64,000 nucleotides of DNA, taken from the NCBI GenBank assembly GCA_964016885.1, contig OZ024741.1, positions 84,382,001 to 84,446,000 of the forward strand, given 5' to 3'. Of this stretch, positions 53,723-64,000 are shown piece by piece. This DNA comes from Eledone cirrhosa. Lineage: Eukaryota. Position numbers and translations under genes: made by a program. Position 1 is the first letter of the stretch, and each line of letters opens with the position of its first letter. The notes under the pieces were generated by a model. The model was not told the origin of the DNA. It made no database searches and saw only the letters and a list, made by a program, of their open reading frames with translations.

Positions 53723-55117
53723 TGTGTATGTGTGTGTTTGTTGTTTTATATACATATATTATAATATCGAGTGCAGATTGTTTTTCTTTCTTAGTGTTAT
53801 TTTCTTATTTCTCACATTTCTCCATGCTTATTCTTCGATGGAAAGAAATAATAAAAGTTTTCTTCCTTTTGATTTGCTGCTACTATCGTTGTTGTTATTG
53901 TTGTTGTTGTTGTTGTTGTTGTTCTCTTTGTTATTGATATATTCGTTTTTGTTATCGTTGTTGTTGTTTTCGAAAATCGAAAACATACGGGCAATTAAGT
54001 TAGGTCTGATTGAAAAACTTATTTATTCATTGAATAGGATTAGTTCTGTTATGTAGATTGTACAAACGCTAGTGGGCTATTTTATAGCAATTACATCTGA
54101 ATACTAAATTATTTCTCAGCTTCTCTAATAACTATATAATGTTATTTCTTTAGTTCCTCTTTTCATTCATTCAACTATTCTAAGTTTTATATGATGTGAT
54201 TCGTTCTAAAATGGCGTGTCCGTATTTTTTAAAAGCAAAGTAAATCAAGTTTGTGTTTCTATTTGAAATTCAAGTTAAAACCAGCTTAATTTTCTTCACC
54301 GGGGAACATAAATGAACCTATCCTCACTTCTTATTCCTACCAATAAATTTGAGGATTCATATTTATGTAAGGAATTACAGATATAATTAGTTTTCCATGC
54401 AAGTGAAACATATTTTATACCCTGTTTTTACACATGGAGACAGAAATTGTGTTGAGTAGTGAGGAAAATCTATTTGGCCTTACATCAATTACATATTCGT
54501 TCTGTCTCTTTCTCCGGATTTGGTTTTTCCCTGAGATTAAAGTATCTGCATCGCTTCCCTTGAGCTTGCAGCTATATCATTCAGAAGTAATTTTACGTTT
54601 ACATACGACTGTACAAGAACCAGGCCAGTCATTATGTAAGAGAAATCCATACCAAAAATGTGGATATCATTTCCTTTGAGATAGCTAGCTACTGTCAGCA
54701 GAAAAAAGAAGTTAGTAGAGAATCGAGAAAAAGTAACTACACAAGATAAATCTGTCAATTGCAAGATTTTAGTGGATTTTCTTCCACAAGGATCGATAAA
54801 TGCCAGTTACACAATGGAGTTAAAATCATCGACACTTAGTTGTCTCTAAAAAATCTCCAGGCTCGTGTAGGAAATATATAGATAGAAAATAAAAATGTTT
54901 GGCTCAATTGTATAGCTGCTACATGTGGTTACACTTCATCCCAACTGAAATGTATGTGTTGCGGTAGACAGCAGATTGAAAGAGACCATGTTTCCATAGA
55001 TTCAATTAGAATATCAACGACGATCTTATGCAGAGTCTCTGAAAATTACATTTACACTCGATAATACAACTACACTTTGATTGGCCATATTTTGATATTG
55101 GCATGTTATTACGTTCA

Positions 55118-55766
55118 GAAAACTGACAACATTCATAACAACTTAAGTAGGCAAACCTTAGTTTATTTCTGTACATTTTATAATTCATTAAATGAAATGC
55201 CTTGGACACATTATGGGCAAATTATCAAAAAGATCACTTTGCAATCATAATGTCACGTATTCGGTCCTACTTCATACAATCTTGGACTGATGTTATTTTT
55301 CATAGGTTTGGGTCAAACTAAGCTTTGTGGTTGAATTTGGGTTGACGGAAACGTTTGAAAGTCCGTCAGATAAACACTTACCGTATTTAAGGAGAATTAT
55401 CACTGTTGTTACATGAACCACAAGCATGATTGAGAAATTAAAGAGGAGGGGGTTGAACACCCCACTCACTTGTACCCGCACCACGATACTTATGAAAATT
55501 CGTCGTGACAATGTGTAACGAGATTGGCTCTTTGAACTACAAGTAGCACCCAAAACCCTTCAATCTACGCAGCTTCACTTATACTGCTTGCGTTCACATC
55601 AGATTTTAAGCCGTGAGACCAAATATGTGGAATTATGATTGAAAAGCGATTTTTGGGGTAATTTTCCCATAATGTGTCCAAAGCATTTCCTTTAATGAAT
55701 TATTAAATGTTCACAAATAAAATAAAGTTTGCCTCCTTAAGTTGTTATGAATGTTGCCAGTTTTCA
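55118..55766. repeat. Older foldback with ~150-bp diverged inverted arms
   Basis: 55118-55266 is approximately the reverse complement of 55617-55766. Confidence 0.8.
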
Positions 55767-56376
55767 AAACTTCAGGAAAGATGTTTGTGAAGCTTTCTTA
55801 TTTTAGATTATTTTATTGGGATCTACCCCTCAGTGATTCTGTATAAGATGTTCAATTTCAATTTGCTTCTCTGAATTAGATTTATTTTAGCGATCTGATT
55901 TCATTGAGATGTTATTGAATATTGGTAAAAAAAATTCCTTATATATATATTGCTGATAGTAAAAACAGAGCTATAGGGAACAACATTCACTACTAACCTA
56001 GTGCTATCATTACTCACTCAGTTAAACAAGATTTGAACGTATAATCGAACGAATATGTACTCAGAACGCGTACCATATGACATGTGTAATGAATCCAGTT
56101 GCACAATGTCCCGAACCTTGCTTTCTATTATGCAGACTGATCAGATAATCTCATTTGTAACTCGTTTATCACAGTGACTGCACAGTACAATATGTACACG
56201 CCATTAAATACATGCTTCGTCGTCGAGCGTTCTCAAATGGCAATAAAGGGAAAAAATAGCCAAATGGCTACTTATCGTCACGCACTACTACTGCTGTATT
56301 CTAGCGAAGGAACAGCCAAGGCTGAATGGATTCTCATCAGCTAGCCTCGTAAAAAAAATTATATATATATATACAG

Positions 56377-56431
<55 letters not shown>

Positions 56432-56487
56432 GATACAGGCACAGAAAGACACAGAGAAAGAGAGTGACTGACACACACATTCATGGT

Positions 56488-56584
<97 letters not shown>

Positions 56585-57073
56585 TTGGCGGTGGAAATGA
56601 GGGGACAGACCCCCCCCACACTAATTAAATGTTTCTCCCCAAACTACCAAAACACACATCTATTTGTATATTCACTACAATTTATTTACATTTTATGTAG
56701 AGACATGTAGGGAAAGGTAGATATAGATATAGGGAGGGGGAGAGTGTGGTGGTAATTGATATAGAGAGGAAGGTTGGGAAAGTGTGTTGTATATTAGATA
56801 TAGAGAGAGGAAGAGATTGTTGTTTATTGATATATATTTCTATTTATTTGCCACCAGGGCATCAAAGATTGGGACAAATACAAAGGGGGGAGTTTACATA
56901 CATTTAAAAAGACGTAAAAAACATATAACAAATTAAATTTAAAAATCGATGTCCTCAATAGGGAGGGGCGTTGACATGGGTCGCACACACCCCCGAAACA
57001 ATGTGCAACCCTCCTCTTCAGGAGCACAAAGAGCGGGTGCTTCCTTCCTCTTCTCATTCTTCTCCTCTCTCAC

Positions 57074-60003
57074 CTACAGGCTTATTTTCACCCATCTTTC
57101 ATAAAACTTGCTGGGGTAGAGCACCTCTCTGTCCATTCTGATCCTTCTTCTAAAGTGGTACTTGAAAAAAAAGACCAGTTGTTGTTGGCCGGAGAGAAAG
57201 GTGTCTGACCTCAGCCCTTTCAACCTTGTCCACCATACAACTTCTTTCGCCATGGCTATCACACAGAGAAAAACCGCCTCTCCTTCGTTTTTGAAAGGGG
57301 GAGGCGGTTTGATCGTGTCTGTAGAGCTTGTCTCGAACGGGTAGAGCTCCTCGGTAACATTGCCAAGCCAGGGACTTTTGGAAGTTGTCCATCGGTCCCG
57401 GGCCAAACGTCCTACCGAACAGACTGGCCAGCTTGTCTTCCTCCATGCCCAGAGCCTCTCCGAGAGCGTCGTCGCACTTACTGTGCACCAACCCGCTATA
57501 GAATGTTGAGGTTGAGTCTCCACTGATTGCCGGATCCGCTTGCCAGAGGGCCGTGAGCGCCTGCGCACATTCAATGTGCCAGTCGCCCACTTTCTCGGTC
57601 TTTGCTTGACCCAGGATTGCAGCTCGATGAGTGAGACGAGTCTCGGAAAGGCTCGCCTCACAAATAGGGCCCACACCGGCTGACCAGTGAGGAATACCTG
57701 GAGGTGCCGTAGCCTTAATGCGTGTCTACGCATCGTCAGACACGGCATCCCCAGCCCTCCATTTGAAGGGTGTTGACAGCAGATGGGTCTTCTCACCAAA
57801 GCAGCCCGCTTCTTCCAAAGAAATCGGAAGAGCGCGCGCTCCATTTTGGCGAGTGTTTTCTCTGGGCAAGACACGACGGTCAAGCGGTAGTAGATGACGG
57901 ACGTTATATAAGCGTTCGGCACCTCTGCTCGACCTTCAGGGCTAGTTTGCACTCGGCCCACTTCTGGGCGAGTGCAAACACCTTGCCCGTTACCTCGTCC
58001 CAGTTTTTCTCCACCTGGAGGTCCGGTCCGAACCAGACCCCGAGCAGCTTCACTGGTCCCTCCGTCCAGCGTCCGACGATGCCGTCGGAAGGCATCGTTT
58101 TGCCCCTCCACGTCCCGAGTTGCAAACCGACGGACTTGTCCCGGTTCAGCGTGGCTCGTGTGAACTTTTCATATTCCTCCAGTAAGGTGCCGATCTGCCC
58201 GATTTCCGAGGCGCACGACACCATTACTGTCACGTCATCGGCGTAGGCCGACACGGCTTTCCGCAATCCCGGTTCCAAGGGGATGCCCTGCAACAGCTCC
58301 AGCTTCCGCAGTAGTGGCTCGAGAGCCAGCACATACAGGAGGGAGGAGAGAAGGCATCCCTGTCGAATAGATCGCGTGATTTGGAACGGCTCTGAGAGGT
58401 AGCCGTTCACCTGGACCCTCGAGCAGGTGTTGCTGCTGTGCATTGCAGCAATCCAGCCCGTGAAAACGGGTCCGAAGCCTGCCGCTGCGAGCACCGCTTC
58501 CAGGTACCGATGGTCAACCCTATCGAAAGCCTTAGATTGATCCAAGTTGATCAGGGCCCCACCAAAGCCGGGTTCATTCCCTACCCTCTCTACGATGTAT
58601 CGCATGAGGTGGAGGTTGTCGTGTATGGACCTGGACGGGATTACGCACATCTGCGCTTCTCCCACCAGGTTTCCGACGACAAGCGCCAACCTCTTCGCCA
58701 AAATCTTTAACTCTGTGTTTAGCAGAGTTATGGGCCTGAAGTTATCTATGTCATCCCCCTTGTTCTCGTCCTTCCTCACCAGCGTGACTACGCTCTTGGT
58801 CACAGAACTGGGAATTCTCCCATTCTGTTGCCAGTTGCAGTAGACCGCCTCGAGGAGACCGGAGAACAAGCCCGGCATCGTGGACTTGTTTCCACTTTTT
58901 GCCTCTGTCACTCGGGCCCAGCTAACAGCTTTGGCTCCCTCGTTACCCAGAGCACATATTTTACTCCTGACAACGCAGCCCTCGTGCTTCGCATCAAAGA
59001 ACTGGTCTCGGGCCGTTCTTGACGCTAGCACGCCGGCTACGTTGCCCCTCCTAATCGCCTCTTCTACTCTATCTATCAATTCCCTTTCAGTTCTATTCCT
59101 ATTTGATGCTAATTCCTGACTAAAACCTATCAATTCTATTCTAATTTCTCTCTTGAGAGAACCCCACCACCTGCTGTTGACAATTGCCCCCGTCAACCGC
59201 TGCTTAACTCGATAACTAATCCGCTTACTGTAAGCTTTGTTTGTCGGTAAGGACAAGTTAGCTTCCAGTAACCGGGTCCTTGTCTATGGGTTCTATCAAG
59301 GTTGACCACTCCGGTCACCAACTTGTGATCCGGATAGTCAAACATGAACATTCGTGGACAGCTTAATATGTCCCTATCCTTATTTCTAACTAGGAGCCTA
59401 TCTAGATACTACCTAGATGTCCCGCTGCGATTACTCCACGTCCACAGTGGCACAGTCGGAAAATCTAGTCGATATCTATCGGCCAGATCAAATCGGCCGA
59501 TTAATCGTTTGAGGCTGTTACTCCCCCCTCTATCGGGACATGCCCCTACATAGTCCCAACGTGCATCCAGGATACCATTCCAGTACCCCACTAAAAGCAA
59601 GGAGCGAGACGTTCCCATAAATTCTCGAGGAGTCGGAAGGAGTCCGGTCGCGGTGTTCCAGATGGGGCATACGCTGCCACCAGCCTGAAAGCTCCACCTT
59701 CACCACTGCCGACGTCTAAAACCACCAGTCGACCCTCCGGGTCCAGGTGTACCTTCTGTGTGGCAAGACCCAGGTATTTTCGCAGCAGAACGACAACCCC
59801 ACCCCCACCCCTCGGCTGACAGAGAGATGCGTAGATCTCAAAGTCGTCGAAGATGGGGGCCAGTTGGCGCTCGCTGCTGATCCTGGACTCGAAATAACCA
59901 TTACATCCACTCTGTGCGACCTGAGGTCATTTAAGACTTTGCCCTGTTTCCAGGACATCTCCAAGCCGCGTGCATTCACACATCCAACTCTTATATTGGC
60001 CAT
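57074..60003 (-). pseudogene. Tx1-type ORF2 (APE endonuclease + RT), disrupted
   Basis: MANIRVGCVNARGL (APE start), WTWSNRSG, NFRPITLLNTELKILAK, LDQSKAFDRVDH, IRQGC, AYADDVTV, VKLLGVWF, NGGLGMP. Confidence 0.9.
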
Positions 60004-60809
60004 GTTGGTGCTGAAGAGTTAAAAAGGAAGAGGAAAGGAAATTACTTACCTCTTCGTCTCCTGGGGACCAGGCTCACAATTTCCATGGGGGTGTTGGAAG
60101 GGTTGTTTGGTGGAGTGGTGGTTTGTGGTGGGGTGAGGACATCAGTGTGTGGTGGGATCAGGGTGTTTGGTGGGGTGTGGGTGTCTGGTGTGGGGTGGGG
60201 AAACATCTCAATAGGACGCTGTTATGTGGTTTGGTGCAGTTGGTCCCCACATGCGTTGGATGGTTGTTTTTCAAAGTTACATAGGTTTCCGTTGGGACCC
60301 TAATCATCATTAGGTTCGGTTTGTTCGCTGCGTAAGTGAAAGTGATCCCTTCGGTTTCCACCGAAGGGTTATTTTCTATCGCTTTCATCAACGTTTTATT
60401 GTTCTTGTTAATGTATGTATAGAGTTTTTGTTGTGTTGTGTTTGTTTTTGTTTGTTGTTCTTGTGCGTGTTTGCGTTTTGTAGTACGTGTTATGTTTTGG
60501 GGAGGGTGGGTTTTTTTATTTGGGATGTTTGTTCTGTTTGTGCTGGTGGTTGTGTGTTTGTGGCATTTTTGTTAATGTGGTGCTTTTTTTTCCTTTTCAC
60601 CTGTTGAAAGGGTTCTCCCTCGTCGTCACTGGGTGACGTTGATACGGAGTCCTCTTCCGAGTTGTTGGGGAGGGGTATATTTTGGGGGTTTGTTGTGGTT
60701 GCTTTTGTATTTGTTTTAGGTGGGGAGGGGTTGGGTGGAACAGTGTTTTGTGTTTTTATTTTTCCGTGTTGTTGTGGTTGTTGTTGTTGTGGTGGTGGTG
60801 GTGGTTGTG

Positions 60810-61836
60810 TTATTGTGTTCGGGGTTGACAGAAGTGCCTTTTATTTTTACTCGTTAATTGAGGACAGGCAGCCCTCAGGTGACCCCTGCTTAAGCAGTGG
60901 TAACATGACGGCCGCCTTCCCTCCACTGAAATGTTTATATAAGTTAGTCCGTCCAGTGGCATGCGTTGTGGAATATTCGCTATTCGTTCTGGGCTCATTT
61001 GCACCAGAACTTCTACGCTGGTCCCACCAAATACATCTCCGGAGGACTTTCCTATTGAAATTATCTTGTCTTCGTCAAAGTCAATGATTCCACATAGTAT
61101 CCACCAAATATTTACATTTGGTGTGATACTCATTATTTTTATTCTTTGTGTCCTTTTTCCCCTGTATGTGGGGAAAAAGGTGAAGCGGGGGAACACAATG
61201 GGTGATACCGAGTACTTTTGAGCTGTTGACTGGTTGTTCATTAGCACCGAAATGCTACCAAACAGTTTACCTTTTTGTATGAAGGTTAAGTCCTTCATTG
61301 CATCTTTTAGAACCAGCTCAATTTCATTTTGTGATAATTGAGCTGGTTTTCTTGTTTCGTTCGATATTGTCCTGAAAACCACAGTTTTCAGGACAGCCTC
61401 CCTACGTAATTCCTGTGGAGAATTGATGCTAAAAGCACCGTTTTCGCCAAAAGTCACGAATTGTTTTGCGTCTTGTAATAGTTGTTTAGCATTTGTTATG
61501 TCTATTGGCGTGTATAGTTCGTTTTTTTTTTACAGTCTGTGCGAATGTTGTTTTGGTGTTGTTGTCTTTTTTGTTGCTGTCACTGTTGGTAATATTGTTC
61601 ATGTTTTCCTTGGTGTTGTTATTGTTACAGTTGTTGGTTGTGGTGTTATTGTCATTGTTCTTTTTGTTGGTGCTGGTATTATTTACCGGGTTTGGTTTCG
61701 TGGCTTCAATATTTTTAACGTTTTTCGATAATGCGAGGGGGGAAGGCTGCAAGCTTTGTACTCCTACCTTCCCTCCACCACTTTTCTTAGTGGGCGTGGC
61801 ACTCACGACAGTGTGCCAGGTGGAAATGGCATCCAT
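60810..61836 (-). pseudogene. Tx1-type ORF1 (gag-like nucleic-acid-binding protein), frameshifted
   Basis: TFAQTV motif; VEGRRPSCYHCLSRGHLRAACP zinc knuckle; split across ORFs 61486-61845 and 60810-61457. Confidence 0.8.
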
Positions 61837-62029
61837 TGCAACCAAGTCTACAGTTTTGAGATGAAAATGAAAATTTCACCCCAGAAATGGGCGAAAATTA
61901 GTTGACTCAGCGTCTGACGACCCAGGCAAGGGGTTAAACTAAACAATGTTATTAATTTGAGCAATAAACTCACAGTTTTTTTGACAATAATCCGTAAAAG
62001 TCCGGAGCAAAGTAATTCACGTCTATATT

Positions 62030-62460
62030 AAGTGGTAATTGATATAGAGAGGGGGACTGAGAGAGAGTGTCCGTGTAATAGATATAGAGAGGGGGAGATT
62101 TTGGTGTTAATTGATATAAAGGGAGAATTGGGGGAGGGTATTGGTAGTGAGAAAGAAAGTTTGGTGGAAATGAATAGAGTGAAAGGATTGATAGAGAAAG
62201 GTATTGATAGATATAGAGAGGGGGAGAGTTTGTTAGTGCTGAATGAAGTGAGAAGGAATGAGAGAGAGTGCTGTATGGTAGATATAGGGAGGGGGATTAG
62301 GAAAGTATTTTGTATGGTTGATGTAGAGAGTCGGAAAGTTTCGAGGTAATGAATGGAATGAGATGATTGATAGAGATAGGTATTGATAGATATAGAGAGG
62401 GGGAGAGTTTAGTAGTGATGGATAGAGTGAGAGGGAATGAGAGATAGTTTTGTATGGTAG
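62030..62460. repeat. Degenerate purine-rich minisatellite separating the two Tx1 copies
   Basis: Recurrent gatatagagagggggagag / gtggtaattgatatag motif, also present at 56715-56825. Confidence 0.7.
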
Positions 62461-64000
62461 ATATATATTTCTATTTATTTGCCACCAGGGCATCAAAGAT
62501 TGGGACAAATACAAAGGGGGGAGTTTACACACATTTAAAAAGACGTGTAAAAAACATATAGCAAATTAAATTTAACAATCGATGTCCTCAATAGGGAGGG
62601 GCGTTGACATGGGTCGCACACACCCCCGAAACAATGTGCAACCCTCCTCTTCAGGAGCACAAAGAGCGGGTGCTTCCTTCCTCTTCTCATTCTTCTCCTC
62701 TCTCACCTACAGGCTGATATAGAGAGAAGGCCCATTCACTTGGGCCATTCTCGCTACTTTCACCCATCTTTCATAAAACTTGCTGGGGTAGAGCACCTCT
62801 CTGTCCATTCTGATCCTTCTTCTAAAGTGGTACTTGAAAAAAAAGACCAATTGTTGGCTGGAGAAAAAGGTGTCTGACCTCAGCCCTTTCAACCTTGTCC
62901 ACCATACAGATTCTTTCGCCATGGCTATCACACAGAGGAAAACCGCCTCTTCTTCGTTTTTTAAAGGGGGAGGCGGTTTGATTGTGACAATGTTGTCGGT
63001 GGTCAACCGGATTGGTCCCACCCGCGACAGTAGTCGTTCTACATAGCCCCACAGGTCAGGAACGCCCGGGCAGTGTACGAATGCGTGTGCGACGGTTTCC
63101 TCGTCACGCACGCATCTTGGACAGATATTCTTCGAGGGGTCCTTACCCGGGCGCCCGTGTCTGTAGAGCTTGTCCCGAACGAGTAGAACTCCTCGGTAAC
63201 ATTGCCAAGCCAAGGACTTTTGGAAGTTGTCCATCGGTCCCGAGCCAAACGTCCTACCGAACAGACTGGCCAGCTCGTCTTCCTCCATGCCCAGAGCCTC
63301 TCCGAGAGCGTCGTCGCACTTACTGCACACCAACCCTCTATAGAATGTTGAGGTTGAGTCTCCACTGATTGCCGGATCCGCTTGCCAGAGGGCCGTGAGC
63401 GCCTGGGCACATTCAATGTGCCAGTCGCCAACTTTTCTCGGTCTTTGCTTGACCCAGGATTGCAGCTCGGTGAGTGAGACGAGTCTCGGAAAGGCTCGCC
63501 TCACAAACAGGGCCCACACCGGCTGACCGGTGAGGAATACCTGAAGGTGCCGTAGCCTTAATGCGTGTCTACGCATCGTCAGACACGGCATCCCCAGCCC
63601 TCCGTTCGAAGGGTGTTGACAGCAGATGGATCTTCTCACCAAAGGAGCCCGCCTCTTCCAAAGAAATCGGAAGAACGCGCGCTCCATTTTGGCGAGTGTT
63701 TTCTCTGGGCAAGGCACGACGGTCAAGCGGTAGTAGATGACGGACGCTATATAAGCGTTCACCACCTCCGCTCGACCTTCAGGGATAGTTTGCACTCGGC
63801 CCACTTCTGGGCGAGTGCAAACACCTTGCCCGTTACCTCGTCCCAGTTTTTCTCCACCTGGAGGTCCGGTCCGAACCAGACCCCGAGCAGCTTCACTGGT
63901 CCCTCCGTCCAGCGTCCGACGATGCCGTCGGAAGCATCGTTTTGCCCCTCCACGTCCCGAGTTGCAAACCGACGGACTTGTCCCGGTTCAGCGTGGCTCC
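62460..64000 (-). mobile_element. Tx1/L1-clade LINE, copy 2 (3' part; continues beyond the window)
   Basis: Near-identical to copy 1; retains the CPRC...ETVAHAFVHCP zinc finger in ORF 62707-63804. Confidence 0.92.

Larger units (their letters stand above)
56828..62023 (-). mobile_element. Tx1/L1-clade LINE, copy 1: near full length, with frameshifts and internal deletions
   Basis: ORF1 with a CCHC knuckle, ORF2 with APE + RT, and a 3' UTR nearly identical to copy 2. Confidence 0.92.

Noticed and set aside
55284-55365. HHR candidate inside the 55-kb foldback
   Set aside because: Core reads CUGAUGU and the cleavage triplet is absent.
57770-59119. Plus-strand ORFs overlapping the Tx1 RT (and similar ones over the PLE ORF at 48.6-49.8 kb)
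   Set aside because: Antisense shadows of GC-richer retroelement coding sequence.

Overview
AT-rich, repeat-dense animal genomic DNA. The SINE families and the very high (TA)n/(CA)n/(GA)n load suggest a cephalopod such as Octopus (inference). No host protein-coding gene could be supported, and most ORF-track entries are microsatellite artefacts. The window is a patchwork of mobile elements: several Penelope-like elements (PLEs) sitting in (TA)n tracts, two of them with long inverted pseudo-LTR arms; two tandem Tx1/L1-clade LINEs; a CRE-like zinc-knuckle/RLE fragment missed by the ORF track; RTE, Vingi/Ingi-like and CR1-like LINE remnants; a degenerate mariner; a probable non-autonomous Helitron; and two SINE families. 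The most striking signal is about 20 manually folded type I hammerhead-ribozyme (HHR) motifs from many unrelated sequence families. Most have a palindromic minimal stem III and several carry the compensatory U3-A8 core. Many lie in short non-coding (TA)n-flanked elements, including a ~437-bp tandem unit whose boundary falls next to the predicted self-cleavage site (retrozyme-like). Coordinates were read by eye and may be off by a few bases; all folds are manual.
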